Under the pieces are notes generated by a model, which was not told the origin of the DNA, searched no databases, and saw only the letters and a program-made list of their open reading frames with translations. This document shows, piece after piece, positions 48,050 through 60,228 of a DNA stretch of 64,000 bases; the first letter of the stretch is position 1; the number at the start of each line of letters is the position of its first letter. Source of the DNA: Escherichia coli (GTDB taxonomy: Bacteria > Pseudomonadota > Gammaproteobacteria > Enterobacterales > Enterobacteriaceae); NCBI RefSeq assembly GCF_002854065.1, contig NZ_CP024147.1. The stretch is one strand, 5' to 3'. A program made the position numbers and the translations under genes.

Positions 48050-49720
48050 TTATGGGATCTCAATGGCTAAATAAACGCTCGCCCGCCGCCTGACCTCATC
48101 GACGCGGGCCATATCGTTTGACTGCAGCGCCGCATCAAAATCGGTGATCACCCGGCCAATCTCTTCTCGCTCGTCACCCAGCGCCCGCGCCCACAACTCT
48201 TCCAGTTTGGCTTTAAAGGTACGATTGATGAGCATATCGCGCGGATAAATTTTCAATGCGGATAACCGCGTCCGACTCTCTTCAATCTGCTGCGCGCTCA
48301 ATGTTACCGGGCTGTGGTTAATCACTCTGGACTTAACGCTGCCGTCTTCCAGAAGCACGTCAACTTCAAGCAAGCCGTTGATATCATAACTAAAGCGAAT
48401 ATCAATCGACTGATAAGCTCCGGTTTTCTTCAACGGCACATCGAAGGATTCCACCAGAATGTTATTTTTAACTTTGTGGTTTTCTCCCTGATAGACGTTA
48501 ACCGTAATAGAATCCTGTTCCGGGTGCATGGTCGAGTAAGTTTCTACACGCGACACCGGTACTGTGGTGTTTCGTTCAATAATCGGCGAGAAAATGCCGG
48601 AAACGCCCTGGCGGTTAACTTCAACGCCCAACGAGTAAGGGCAAATATCAGTGAGGATCACTTCTTCAATATCTTCACTGCGTAAGCGGCAGGCGGCCTG
48701 GATTGCTGCGCCCAGCGCGACAATGGTGCTCGGATCGTAACTTTGATACGGTAATTTGCCAAACAGACGCACGGCGATTCGCTGCACCAGCGGCATTTGT
48801 GACGCGCCGCCAACCAGCACCAGACTGTCGATCTGACTCGGCTTCAGACGCGCATCGCGCAATGCCTGTTCAATCGGCACTCGCAAGCGGTTAAGCAGAG
48901 GCAACCACAAATCTTCCAGTTCGTTCTCGTAAAATTCGCACTCCAGCGTTTCTTCCTGGTACTGCCAGCGAATGTGCATTGGCAATTGATTGCTACATTT
49001 TGCCGCTTCCACACAGGCGTACAGGGCAGCCAGTTCGCTCTCGTTAAGGGCTGTTTTGGCGACTTCCGCGCGTTTTAAAACTTCATCGACCAGCATATGA
49101 GTAAAATCTTCGCCACCGAGGAAGTTATCGCCCGCTGAGGCGTGAACTTCAATCACCGGCGTGGCGTACTCAAGCACCGTAACGTCAAACGTGCCGCCAC
49201 CGAGATCAAATACCAGCGAGCGGGTGTTTTGTTGGGTATGCAGGCCATACGCCATCGCAGCTGCCGTTGGCTCATTAATCAGGCGAACTGCATTTAAACC
49301 GGCTAACTCCGCTGCTAAACGGGTATGCTTGCGTTGTTCATCGCTGAAATAAGCCGGAACAGAGATCACCACATCTTTAATCGGACGTTGCAGAAATTCT
49401 TCGGCATCTTCTTTTAATGAACGTAATACCAAAGAGGACAGTTCTGGCGCGTTAAATGTGTCGCTGCCTAACCGCCAGTTGGTATTACTGCCCATTGCAC
49501 GTTTAAATAACGCTGCCGTTTTATCCGGATGCGAAGTACGCCGTGATACAGCCGGTTTTCCGACTAAAATATGATTATTTTCATCCATGCTAATTATGGA
49601 TGGTGTTAAATATTCACCGAACTTATTTGGAATTAATTGCGCGGCACCGTCTTTCCAGACGGCAATTAAACTATTGGTAGTACCGAGATCGATACCAATG
49701 GCGAGTTCTGCATTATCCAT
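48050..49720 (-). CDS. hscC: Hsp70-family chaperone HscC (Hsc62)
   Basis: 556-aa ORF with the Hsp70 N-terminal ATPase signature IGIDLGTTNS. Confidence 0.95.
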   Translation of the reverse strand: MDNAELAIGIDLGTTNSLIAVWKDGAAQLIPNKFGEYLTPSIISMDENNHILVGKPAVSRRTSHPDKTAALFKRAMGSNTNWRLGSDTFNAPELSSLVLRSLKEDAEEFLQRPIKDVVISVPAYFSDEQRKHTRLAAELAGLNAVRLINEPTAAAMAYGLHTQQNTRSLVFDLGGGTFDVTVLEYATPVIEVHASAGDNFLGGEDFTHMLVDEVLKRAEVAKTALNESELAALYACVEAAKCSNQLPMHIRWQYQEETLECEFYENELEDLWLPLLNRLRVPIEQALRDARLKPSQIDSLVLVGGASQMPLVQRIAVRLFGKLPYQSYDPSTIVALGAAIQAACRLRSEDIEEVILTDICPYSLGVEVNRQGVSGIFSPIIERNTTVPVSRVETYSTMHPEQDSITVNVYQGENHKVKNNILVESFDVPLKKTGAYQSIDIRFSYDINGLLEVDVLLEDGSVKSRVINHSPVTLSAQQIEESRTRLSALKIYPRDMLINRTFKAKLEELWARALGDEREEIGRVITDFDAALQSNDMARVDEVRRRASVYLAIEIP

Positions 49721-49803
49721 TGCATTTATATCTTGAAAGAAAAAGAGATAAACAGATTAAGACCACCCAGGTAACGCGTGGTGATCTTAATCAATGACGT
49801 GTG

Positions 49804-50739
49804 TTAAGCGTAAAATTTCAGACGATCGGCCAGTAAATCAACAAAGCTCTGACGATCAACATCGACCATTACAGTGGCATTCGGTTTATTGCCAGTCAGA
49901 TAATAATAATCAACAACCGTCATCCCCTGGGTATATTTCCCCTGTGTTTCCACGCCAACCCAGCGCTCAACAGTGGTAAACAACTCGGGTTTCAACAGCC
50001 AGGCGATGGTGCATGGGTCATGCAGCGGTGCGCCGACAAAGCCCCATTTTTCGTCTTTATGATATTCGAGGAAGAAATCCAGCAGTTCGGCAACAATGGT
50101 TGAAACAGGGTTGCCAATCGCGCGGAAACGCTCGGTGTCCTCACCGTGAATTTGTGCTTTGTGAGTAACATCCAGACCGGCCATCACCACCGGGATCCCT
50201 GACTGGAAGACAATTTCTGCCGCTTCCGGGTCAACGTAAATATTAAATTCAGCCGCAGGCGTCCAGTTACCCAGCCCCATAGCGCCACCCATAATCACGA
50301 TACGGGCAATTTTGCTATGCAGTTCCGGATGGCTATTGAGCAGCAAGGCAACGTTAGTTTGCGGTCCGGTAGAAACAATGGTGACAGGTTCCGCACTTTC
50401 ACGCAGCGTTTTCGCCATTAGCTCTACCGCCGTACAGTTTTGCGGTGCGAACGCCGGTTCCGGTAATGCCGGGCCGTCGAGACCGCTTTCGCCGTGCACA
50501 TTGTCCGCGATAATCAACTCACGCATTAACGGTTTTACCGCGCCGCCTGCTACCGGAATATCGGTGCGATTAAGCAAGGTCAGCATACGCAGAACATTGC
50601 GTAAGGTTTTTTCTGGTGTCTGGTTTCCGGCGGAAGACGTAATTGCTTTGACATCAAGCTCTGGTGAGGCGAGGGCGAGAACTATTGCGATAGCGTCGTC
50701 ATGACCTGGGTCGCAATCTAACAGAATTGGCAGTGCCAT
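49804..50739 (-). CDS. rihA: Pyrimidine-specific ribonucleoside hydrolase
   Basis: ORF 49804..50772; start set at [18 protein letters not shown] (nucleoside-hydrolase DxDxxxDD motif) for 311 aa. Confidence 0.92.
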   Translation of the reverse strand: MALPILLDCDPGHDDAIAIVLALASPELDVKAITSSAGNQTPEKTLRNVLRMLTLLNRTDIPVAGGAVKPLMRELIIADNVHGESGLDGPALPEPAFAPQNCTAVELMAKTLRESAEPVTIVSTGPQTNVALLLNSHPELHSKIARIVIMGGAMGLGNWTPAAEFNIYVDPEAAEIVFQSGIPVVMAGLDVTHKAQIHGEDTERFRAIGNPVSTIVAELLDFFLEYHKDEKWGFVGAPLHDPCTIAWLLKPELFTTVERWVGVETQGKYTQGMTVVDYYYLTGNKPNATVMVDVDRQSFVDLLADRLKFYA

Positions 50740-50856
50740 TGTTGCTCCTTGTTGTGTGCTTCTTTGCGACAAGGGTAACGCCAGGATGTAACAGATACGA
50801 GGGGCGAAACGATAAAGCGTGAGATGGCGCGCAATTGGGTATGCGCGCCAGAGTGA

Positions 50857-51582
50857 TTAATGCAGGATTTTCGCGAGGAAGTCTTTTGCGCGGTCCGATT
50901 TCGGATCATCGAAGAACGCATCTTTCGGCGAGTCTTCAACAATTTTACCCTCATCCATAAAGATCACCCGATTCGCCACTTTACGGGCAAAGCCCATTTC
51001 GTGGGTCACCACCATCATGGTCATCCCCTCGTTCGCCAGTTCCACCATCACGTCCAGCACTTCGTTGATCATCTCCGGGTCTAGTGCCGATGTGGGTTCG
51101 TCGAACAGCATCGCAATAGGATCCATACACAATGCGCGAGCAATTGCCACACGCTGCTGCTGGCCGCCGGAAAGCTGCGCCGGAAATTTATTGGCATGTG
51201 CGGAAAGTCCCACGCGCTCCAGCAATTTCAATGCTTTTTCACGAGCCGGTGCTTTATCGCGTTTAAGCACTTTCACCTGCGCTAGGGTCAGGTTTTCGAT
51301 AATCGACAGATGAGGGAACAGCTCGAAATGTTGGAATACCATCCCGACGCGAGAACGCAGCTTTGCCAGATCGGTTTTCTTGTCGTTAACCACGATACCA
51401 TCGACGGTGATTTCACCTTGCTGCACTGGTTCGAGGCCGTTGACGGTTTTAATCAGCGTTGATTTGCCGGAACCAGACGGGCCGCAAACCACCACCACTT
51501 CGCCTTTTTTCACTTCGGTTGAGCAGTCGGTCAGCACCTGAAAGTGACCATACCATTTTGAAACATTTTTCAGGGTAATCAT
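50857..51582 (-). CDS. gltL: Glutamate/aspartate ABC transporter ATP-binding protein
   Basis: 241-aa ORF with Walker A (GPSGSGKST) and the ABC signature LSGGQQQR. Confidence 0.95.
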   Translation of the reverse strand: MITLKNVSKWYGHFQVLTDCSTEVKKGEVVVVCGPSGSGKSTLIKTVNGLEPVQQGEITVDGIVVNDKKTDLAKLRSRVGMVFQHFELFPHLSIIENLTLAQVKVLKRDKAPAREKALKLLERVGLSAHANKFPAQLSGGQQQRVAIARALCMDPIAMLFDEPTSALDPEMINEVLDVMVELANEGMTMMVVTHEMGFARKVANRVIFMDEGKIVEDSPKDAFFDDPKSDRAKDFLAKILH

Positions 51583-52256
51583 TATGCTGTCCTTCTTTTC
51601 AAGTAGCTGACCAACAACGACGCGCTAAGGCTAATAACGAAATAAACAAATCCGGCAAACAGGATCATCTCAACCTGCGTACCATCACGCTCACCAATGG
51701 TTGAGGCGGTACGGAAGAAATCGGCCAGAGATAACACATACACCAGCGAGGTATCCTGGAACAGTACGATGCCCTGAGTGAGCAGCAGCGGCACCATCGC
51801 GCGGAACGCCTGCGGCAGAATAATCAGTTTCATCGACTGCCAGTGAGTCATTCCCAACGCCAGCGCGGCGCTAGACTGACCACGAGAAATACTTTGAATA
51901 CCAGCACGGATAATCTCTGAATAGTAGGCCGCTTCAAACATCGAAAACGCCACCATCGCCGAAATTAAACGGATATCATTTTTTGGCGATAATCCCAGCA
52001 CGTTTTGCAGAAAACCCGGCACGATCAGGTAAAACCACAGCAAAACCATAACTAAAGGAATCGAGCGGAATACGTTAACGTAGGCTTTGGCAAACCACGC
52101 TACGGGCGCAAAGCTGGACAAGCGCATCACCGCCAGCATGGTGCCCCACAAAATACCAATCACGACTGCCGTGACGGTGATTTTCAGCGTGATCACTAGC
52201 CCGTCGAGCAGATATGGCAGGGAAGGGACAATGGAACTCCAGTCAAACTCGTACAT
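51582..52256 (-). CDS. gltK: Glutamate/aspartate ABC transporter permease
   Basis: 224-aa membrane ORF. Confidence 0.93.
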
Positions 52257-52996
52257 TATTTGCCCCCCATGTTGCCAGGCAGGCGAACTTTACGTTCAAC
52301 CAGCGTCATCACCAGCATGATAACCGCGTTAATCAACACATACGCTAGCGTAATGGCGGTAAACGACTCCCAGGCGTGAGCCGAGTAGTCGAGCAATTTA
52401 CCCGCCTGCGCTGCCATATCTACCAGACCGATGGTCGAGGCGATGGCGGAGTTTTTCACCAGGTTCATCATCTCTGAGGTCATCGGCGGGACGATAACGC
52501 GATAAGCATTAGGCAGCAGTACGTAGCGGTAAGCCTGCGGCAGCGTCAGACCCATCGCCAGCGCGGCATTCTTCTGCCCGCGCGGCAGCGACTGAATCGC
52601 GGCGCGTACCTGTTCGCAAACGCGAGCCGCAGTAAACAGCCCCAGGCAGAGCATGGAGGAGAGGAAAAACTGAATATTTGGGTCCAGTTCCGCCTTAAAC
52701 CACATGCCGATTTTTTCCGGCAGCAGCTCCGGGATCACCAGATACCAGGTAAAGAACTGCACAATCAACGGCACGTTGCGGAACAGTTCGACATACAACG
52801 TACCCAGACCGGAGAGAAAACGGTTTGGAACGGTACGTAAAATGCCGAAAAATGAACCGACGAGGAAAGCGATAATCCAGGCGCAGATCGACAAAGCGAT
52901 CGTCACCTGAAAACCACTCCAGATCCAACCAAGATAGGTGGTGTTGCCGAACGGAGCTTGTTGTAAAAAAATACCCCAGTTCCAGTCTATAGACAT
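52256..52996 (-). CDS. gltJ: Glutamate/aspartate ABC transporter permease
   Basis: 246-aa membrane ORF. Confidence 0.93.
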
Positions 52997-53008
52997 AAAT
53001 CTACTCCA

Positions 53009-53043
53009 GAAAAAAGAGGGTAGCAGCGTTAACTGCTACCCTC
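53009..53043 (-). terminator. Intrinsic terminator/attenuator between gltI and gltJ (3' end of SroC)
   Basis: 11-bp perfect stem, 6-nt loop and a 6-U tail on the minus strand. Confidence 0.65.
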
Positions 53044-53165
53044 GAAGATTGTTACCCAGCGTATTGCGGTTTTCAGGCCCGATGGGGAACGACCATCAGG
53101 CGTATAGTCTGTCCGTGCTACGTAACAATTGAGAGGGCTGGAATTTCCGCCCCTGGTTCTTGTAA
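53009..53165 (-). ncRNA. sroC: SroC small RNA region (gltI-gltJ intercistronic, ending at an intrinsic terminator)
   Basis: Perfect 11-bp hairpin GAGGGTAGCAG-CGTTAA-CTGCTACCCTC followed by a U-run on the minus strand; the position matches the known SroC locus. The 5' end is not determinable from sequence. Confidence 0.5.
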
Positions 53166-54074
53166 TTAGTTCAGTGCCTTGTCATTCGGTTCTTTGAACA
53201 GTGCTTTCATTTCGTCTGACAGTTCGAAATTCATGTTCAGGTTTTTCGGCGGAATTGGATTTTTGAACCATTTATCAAACCATTTTTCCGCTTCACCGGA
53301 GGTCTGCACCTGAGCGATGGTGTCATCCATCAGCTTTTTGAACTGCGGATCGTCTTTACGCAACATGCAACCGTAGGCTTCCTGAGACTGCGGCTTGCCG
53401 ACGATATCCCAGTTGTCTGGTTTCTTCGCTTTCGCACGTTCACCGGCCAGCAGGGCATCATCCATCATAAAGGCAACGGCACGACCGCTTTCCAGGGTGC
53501 GGAAAGAGTCACCGTGATCTTTGGCGCTGATGATGCGCATATTCATTTTTTGCTCTTCATTCAGTTTGTTGAGCAAAACTTCAGAGGTAGTGCCGGAAGT
53601 GACGACTACGGCTTTGCCTTTCAGGTCGGCAAAATCTTTGATATCGCCGCCCTTTTTGGTCAACAGGCGCGTACCGACCACGAAAATAGTGTCAGAGAAA
53701 GCCGCCTGTTTTTGGCGTTCGACGTTGTTGGTGGTAGAACCACATTCAAAATCGAAAGTGCCGTTTTGCAGAAGAGGAATACGGTTTTGTGAGGTGATCG
53801 GAATCAGTTTCACCTGCAAGTCCGGTTTGTTGAGTTTCTTTTTCACTGCTTCAACAATGGCGTTGGAGTAATCCTGCGAATAACCCACCACTTTTTGCTG
53901 ATTGTCGTAATAAGAGAAAGGTACTGAAGATTCACGGTGACCGACGACAATCACGCCGTTTTTGGCGATTTTGTCCAGCGTACTGCCCGCTGCCGGGGCG
54001 GCGTCATCTGCCTGTGCCAGTCCTGCGGAAAGCGCAAGGGCCAGGATTGCTGTGGCAGGTTTACGTAATTGCAT
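53166..54074 (-). CDS. gltI: Glutamate/aspartate periplasmic binding protein
   Basis: ORF 53166..54149; start set at the ATG at 54074 (MQLRKPATAILALALSAGLAQA signal peptide) for 302 aa. Confidence 0.93.
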   Translation of the reverse strand: MQLRKPATAILALALSAGLAQADDAAPAAGSTLDKIAKNGVIVVGHRESSVPFSYYDNQQKVVGYSQDYSNAIVEAVKKKLNKPDLQVKLIPITSQNRIPLLQNGTFDFECGSTTNNVERQKQAAFSDTIFVVGTRLLTKKGGDIKDFADLKGKAVVVTSGTTSEVLLNKLNEEQKMNMRIISAKDHGDSFRTLESGRAVAFMMDDALLAGERAKAKKPDNWDIVGKPQSQEAYGCMLRKDDPQFKKLMDDTIAQVQTSGEAEKWFDKWFKNPIPPKNLNMNFELSDEMKALFKEPNDKALN

Positions 54075-54470
54075 ATCCAACTCCTTTATCTTCTGCGTTA
54101 AGAACGCATGGATACCCGTTGTGAGTGTTTGTGTTGTTATCGTCTGCAACTTTATTGTGCAGTGTTGTGACTGTTAGGTAACATTTAGTTTGGGTAAATG
54201 TAAAGATATTGATGTTTTATTGTTTGTTTTTGCGAGGTGCACCGCACCATTCCGAAGCAAAATTCTTAAAATGCACTCTTTTGGTGCTACCGGTGGATTG
54301 CTGTGGTGCAACCGGGTTGTACTGATGCTGGTTAAAGCTTTGCCTGGTATAACAAAGCAATAGATGTGCCAAAGTTGGATAGGAGAATATTGTTATCCGG
54401 ATAATGCACTGATGCCGCATCCGGTGAGCGTGCCGAAATATGGGATGTATTCCGGCACGATAAGAAGGGA

Positions 54471-56009
54471 TTATTTACGTCGCTGACGCAGACTCATCAA
54501 CACAGCAGCAAAACCAAACAGTGCCGTCAGCACCCACAGCGGCCAGTTGCCGGTACGTGCGTATGGTGTGAGTCCGGTGGTCGGCGTCACGTTAGTGGTT
54601 AACACCTCGCGGGTGAATTGCGGGATCATCGCCTGAATCTCACCCTGCGGGCCAATCACCGCCGTAATGCCGTTGTTGGTGCTGCGCAACAGTGGGCGCG
54701 CCAGCTCCAGCGCACGCATTCGCGCCATCTGGAAGTGCTGCCATGGACCAATAGACTTACCAAACCACGCATCGTTGGAGATAGTCAGCAGATAGTCGGT
54801 ATCCGGGCGGAAGTTATCGCGCACTTGCTCGCCGAGAATGATCTCGTAGCAAATAGCCGCAGTAAGCTCAATACCATTTGCCGACAGCGGCGGCTGGATA
54901 TATGGCCCACGGCTGAACGACGACATCGGCAGATCAAAGAACGGTGCTAACGGACGCAGAATCGACTCCAGCGGGACAAACTCGCCAAACGGCACCAGAT
55001 GGTTTTTGTTATAACGATCGGCTGATTCGTAGCTGTACGGTGCACCTTTACCCAGCGTGATGATGGTGTTGTAGGTATCGTAACGGTTCTGCTTATTAAG
55101 ACGCGCGTCAACAATCCCGGTCACCAGCGTACTCCCTTTATCACGCAACTCACCGTCCAGTGCTTTGAGGAACGGTTGCTGATTAATTTCCAGATCGGTT
55201 ATCGCCGACTCCGGCCAGATAATCAACGATGATTTGCCCATCAGTGGTGCCGTTGCGTTGTAGTAAATCTTCAGCGTATTAAGAAGCTGGCCTTCGTCCC
55301 ATTTCAGCGATTGCGGAATATCGCCCTGAACCATCGAAACCTGAATGGTTTTCTCCGGTTGTGGGGTAAACCACTGGATGTAACGCAGCGGGAAGGGAAG
55401 GGCAAACAGCACGACGGCCACCACCAGCGGACGCCAGTTGCGTTTGACTAACGCCAGTGCCAGCAGGCCGCTAACCATCATCAGCAGGAAGTTAATGGCT
55501 TCCACGCCCATTAGCGGTGCCAGCCCTTTTAACGGGCCATCAATCTGGCTATAGCCGAACTGTAACCACGGGAAGCCTGTCAGTACCCAACCGCGCAGAA
55601 ACTCGGTCACTTGCCAGAGAGCAGGGGCGGCAATCGCCACGCGCAGCCAGGTGGTTTTCGGCCACAGGCGCGACAGCACGCCAGCAAACAGTCCGGTATA
55701 CAGCGACAAATACGCTGCCAGCAGCACCACCAGGAAGATGTTAACCGGGCCAGGCATTCCGCCAAAGGTCGCGATGCTGACATAGACCCAGTTAATACCG
55801 CTGCCAAAGAGGCCAAATCCCCAGCAAAAGCCAATAGCGGCAGACTGGAGTGGACGGCGGTTAAAGGTCAACGCCTGAAGCCCCATCAGCGAAATAATCG
55901 CCGCAGGCCAGACGTCGTAAGGAGAGAAGGCCAGCGTTCCGCAGGCACCGCATAATAACGCCAGCAGCAGGCGAATGCGCTGGCGTTCAATTAATGAGGC
56001 AAAAGCCAT
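54471..56009 (-). CDS. lnt: Apolipoprotein N-acyltransferase
   Basis: 512-aa ORF with N-terminal TM helices and a CN-hydrolase domain. Confidence 0.95.
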   Translation of the reverse strand: MAFASLIERQRIRLLLALLCGACGTLAFSPYDVWPAAIISLMGLQALTFNRRPLQSAAIGFCWGFGLFGSGINWVYVSIATFGGMPGPVNIFLVVLLAAYLSLYTGLFAGVLSRLWPKTTWLRVAIAAPALWQVTEFLRGWVLTGFPWLQFGYSQIDGPLKGLAPLMGVEAINFLLMMVSGLLALALVKRNWRPLVVAVVLFALPFPLRYIQWFTPQPEKTIQVSMVQGDIPQSLKWDEGQLLNTLKIYYNATAPLMGKSSLIIWPESAITDLEINQQPFLKALDGELRDKGSTLVTGIVDARLNKQNRYDTYNTIITLGKGAPYSYESADRYNKNHLVPFGEFVPLESILRPLAPFFDLPMSSFSRGPYIQPPLSANGIELTAAICYEIILGEQVRDNFRPDTDYLLTISNDAWFGKSIGPWQHFQMARMRALELARPLLRSTNNGITAVIGPQGEIQAMIPQFTREVLTTNVTPTTGLTPYARTGNWPLWVLTALFGFAAVLMSLRQRRK

Positions 56010-56033
56010 GTAGTTATCTATCCAGTTTCGGTT

Positions 56034-56912
56034 TTATTCATCCAGCTTTGGCTGGGGTGAGTCATCCGGGATTTTGACATGAACCTGAATAATACGCCGA
56101 CTATCGGCCATCGCCACTTTGAACTGGTAACCGTCGATGTCGATGGTTTCGCCACGCGCCGGAAGATGCCCAAATGCCTGCATCACCAGACCACCGATAG
56201 TGTCGACTTCTTCATCGCTAAAGTGGGTGCCGAACGCTTCGTTGAAGTCTTCAATGGAAGCCAGCGCGCGCACGGTCCAGGTATGACGACTCAGCTGACG
56301 GAAGTCGATATCATCTTCTTCGTCATATTCGTCTTCAATCTCACCAACAATCAGTTCCAGGATGTCTTCAATGGTCACCAGACCGGAAACCCCACCGAAT
56401 TCGTCAATGACGATCGCCATGTGGTAACGCTGAGAGCGAAACTCTTTCAGCATCCGGTCTACGCGCTTACTTTCAGGAACGACAACCGCCTGACGTAACA
56501 CTTTGTCCATGCTGAAGGCTTCAGCATCGCTGCGCATAAACGGCAGCAAGTCTTTCGCCATCAGAATCCCTTCAATGTGATCTTTGTCTTCGCTAATCAC
56601 CGGGAAACGTGAGTGGGCGGACTCGATGATGACATCAAGGCATTCGTCCAGCGTCTGGTTGCGTTTCAGGGTAATCATCTGGGAGCGAGGGATCATGATG
56701 TCGCGGACGCGTTGGTCTGCGATGTCCATCACCCCTTCGAGCATATCGCGCGTATCTTCGTCGATAAGGTCGTTCTGCCCGGAATCACGGATCAGCGCCA
56801 GCAGTTCGTCACGGTTTTTCGGTTCACCGTGGAAAAGTTGGCTGAGTAACAGGGAGAAAAATCCCTTCTTGTTGCTTATCGTGTCACTACTGTGTGAATT
56901 GTCGTCGCTCAT
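56034..56912 (-). CDS. corC: CorC/HlyC-family Mg/Co efflux-associated protein (CBS domains)
   Basis: 292-aa ORF. Confidence 0.93.
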   Translation of the reverse strand: MSDDNSHSSDTISNKKGFFSLLLSQLFHGEPKNRDELLALIRDSGQNDLIDEDTRDMLEGVMDIADQRVRDIMIPRSQMITLKRNQTLDECLDVIIESAHSRFPVISEDKDHIEGILMAKDLLPFMRSDAEAFSMDKVLRQAVVVPESKRVDRMLKEFRSQRYHMAIVIDEFGGVSGLVTIEDILELIVGEIEDEYDEEDDIDFRQLSRHTWTVRALASIEDFNEAFGTHFSDEEVDTIGGLVMQAFGHLPARGETIDIDGYQFKVAMADSRRIIQVHVKIPDDSPQPKLDE

Positions 56913-57001
56913 GGCGTCGTATGGGTTCTCATGTTAGTTAATCAAAACGCCGTCGTTAATCACCAACGGCGGGGACGTCTGCCAGTCAAATGCCTGGCAA
57001 A

Positions 57002-57469
57002 TTATTCTTTCTCGGCAATGTACGGATCCTCATAGCCCAGAGCAAGCATAATCTCTGTTTCGAGGGCTTCCATTTCTTCTGCTTCGTCATCTTCGATGTG
57101 ATCGTAACCTAACAAATGCAGACTGCCGTGCACCACCATATGCGCCCAGTGCGCCTCCAGTGGTTTGCCTTGCTCCTGTGCTTCCTTCTCAACCACCTGA
57201 CGGCAGATAACCAGATCGCCCAGTAGCGACATCTCCATGCCGGGCGGCACTTCAAACGGGAAGGAGAGCACGTTGGTCGGCTTATCCTTACCGCGATAGG
57301 TCAGATTGAGACTGTGGCTTTCGGCGGTATCGACCACGCGAATCGTCACTTCCGACTCTTCCTGAAACTGCGGGATCACCGCATTCAGCCATGTCTGAAA
57401 CTGGCTCTCTTCCGGTAACCCGGAATTATCTTCACATGCCAGTTGTAAATCGAGGATCACCTGACTCAT
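57002..57469 (-). CDS. ybeY: Endoribonuclease YbeY (16S rRNA maturation)
   Basis: 155-aa ORF with the metal-binding motif [11 protein letters not shown]. Confidence 0.95.
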
Positions 57470-58545
57470 TTTTGTTCCTGTTCTTCGCGCTTGCGTTCTG
57501 CCGCCAGCGCCGCTTTTCGTTTTTGTTCTGCTTCTTCCCAGGCTTCATAAGCGTTAACGATACGCGCCACCACCGGGTGACGAACCACGTCTTCGCTGTG
57601 GAAGAAGTTAAAGCTGATCTCTTCGACATCAGCCAGCACTTCGATGGCATGACGTAAGCCTGATTTAGTATTACGCGGCAGGTCGATCTGCGTGACGTCA
57701 CCGGTGATAACCGCTTTTGAGTTAAAACCGATACGGGTCAGGAACATCTTCATCTGTTCGATGGTAGTGTTCTGGCTCTCATCGAGAATGATAAATGCGT
57801 CATTCAGCGTACGACCACGCATATAGGCCAGCGGTGCGACTTCAATAACGTTGCGCTCAATCAGTTTCTCGACTTTCTCAAAGCCCAGCATTTCAAACAG
57901 CGCGTCGTACAGCGGGCGCAGATACGGGTCTACTTTCTGGCTTAAATCGCCAGGCAGGAAGCCCAGTTTCTCACCGGCTTCGACCGCCGGACGAGTCAGC
58001 AGAATACGACGAATTTCCTGACGCTCCAGGGCATCAACTGCTGCAGCCACTGCCAGGTAGGTTTTACCCGTACCCGCCGGGCCAACGCCGAAGGTAATGT
58101 CATGGTCGAGAATATTGGCGATGTACTGCGCCTGGTTTGGCGTGCGCGGCTTAATTACGCCGCGTTTGGTTTTGATATTGACCGCTTTGCCGTACTCCGG
58201 CACGCTCTCCGCGCTTTGCTCCAGTACCCTTGCTTCTTTAATCGCAAGGTGGATCTGTTCCGGTTCGATATCCTGAATCTGACCGCGCATCGGGGCAGTA
58301 TCGACATACAGGCTACGCAGAATGTCTGCCGCAGCGGTGACGCAAATCGGACGGCCGGTCAGTTTAAAGTGGTTATCGCGGCGATTGATCTCGATGCCGA
58401 GACGGCGTTCGAGCTGCTTGATGTTGTCATCAAACGGGCCGCACAGGCTCAACAGACGCGCATTGTCTGCTGGCTCCAGGGTGATTTCGCGAGTGTCTAT
58501 GTTCAAACCGTTCCTCTTATCTGTATGCCGCCGGAAGCTGAACAT
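57466..58545 (-). CDS. ybeZ: PhoH-like ATPase
   Basis: 359-aa ORF from the ATG at 58545 with Walker A GPAGTGKT; the true start may be slightly internal. Confidence 0.88.
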
Positions 58546-58658
58546 TCACCGGCCTATAAGGAAATTATTCACGCCACAGGAAAAAGGCGCAAGCATTGCG
58601 ATAAAGATGGGGATAAAGAGAGAAAAAACAAGGCCCACCGGAACGGCAGGCCTGAGAA

Positions 58659-60083
58659 TTACGGCTGATAATAACCCACACCAAGGTCGTTTTCTTTGCG
58701 AGTACGGGCAATCACCGATTCCGGTGTTTCTGCCACGCGCAGACCCATTTCATCTTCAGTTCGCACCACTTTACCGCGCAGAGAGTTCGGGTAGACGTCG
58801 GTAATTTCTACATCGACGAATTTACCGATCATATCCGGTGTGCCCTCGAAGTTGACCACACGATTATTTTCGGTACGTCCGGAAAGCTCCATGATGCTCT
58901 TACGTGAAGTCCCTTCTACCAGAATACGCTGGGTGGTGCCGAGCATCCGACGGCTCCATGCCATCGCTTGCTGATTAATGCGCTCTTGCAGAATATACAG
59001 ACGCTGCTTCTTCTCTTCTTCCGGAACATCATCAACCATATCGGCGGCTGGTGTACCCGGACGTGCAGAGAAGATAAAGCTGTAGCTCATGTCGAAATTG
59101 ACGTCGGCAATCAGCTTCATCGTTTTCTCGAAGTCTTCGGTGGTTTCGCCAGGGAAGCCAACGATGAAATCAGAACTGATCTGAATATCCGGACGCGCCG
59201 CACGCAGTTTACGGATGATCGCTTTGTACTCCAGCGCCGTATGGGTACGTCCCATCAGGTTCAGAATACGATCGGAACCGCTCTGTACCGGCAGATGCAG
59301 GAAGCTCACCAGCTCCGGCGTGTCGCGGTACACTTCGATGATATCGTCGGTGAATTCGATCGGATGGCTGGTGGTAAAGCGAATACGATCGATCCCGTCG
59401 ATCGCTGCAACCAGACGCAGCAGATCGGCAAACGATCCGGTGGTGCCGTCGTAGTTTTCACCACGCCAGGCGTTCACGTTCTGACCGAGCAGGTTGACTT
59501 CACGCACGCCCTGAGCCGCAAGCTGGGCAATCTCAAACAGAATATCGTCGGACGGACGGCTTACCTCTTCACCACGGGTGTAAGGCACCACGCAGTAGGT
59601 GCAATATTTATTGCAGCCTTCCATGATGGAGACAAACGCGGTCGGCCCTTCGGCGCGCGGTTCCGGCAGACGGTCAAACTTCTCGATTTCCGGGAAGCTG
59701 ATATCTACCACCGGGCTGCGGTCGCCGCGCACGGAGTTGATCATCTCCGGCAGACGATGCAGCGTTTGCGGCCCAAAAATAATATCGACATAGTGGGCGC
59801 GCTGGCGAATGTGCTCGCCTTCTTGCGATGCCACGCAGCCGCCGACGCCGATAATCAGGTCTGGATTCTTCTCTTTTAACAGTTTCCAGCGGCCTAACTG
59901 ATGGAAGACTTTTTCCTGAGCCTTCTCGCGGATTGAGCAGGTGTTCAGCAGCAGCACATCCGCTTCTTCCGCCACGTCGGTCAGTTGATAGCCGTGGGTG
60001 GCATCCAGCAGATCGGCCATCTTCGATGAATCGTACTCGTTCATCTGACAGCCCCAGGTTTTAATATGGAGTTTTTTGGTCAT
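58659..60083 (-). CDS. miaB: tRNA-i6A37 methylthiotransferase (radical SAM)
   Basis: 474-aa ORF with a CxxxCxxC radical-SAM motif. Confidence 0.95.
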
Positions 60084-60228
60084 CGACTTGCTCTTGCGAA
60101 ATAGTAGCCAGGAATGCAGGGCGCATAGTGTAATGCTTTGCTGCCGTTGTGACCAGTATGAGCGTTATCAGCCCTTGGGGGTAAAAATCCTGTAAACTTA
60201 AAGCATATTGCTAACAGGATGATTGACC

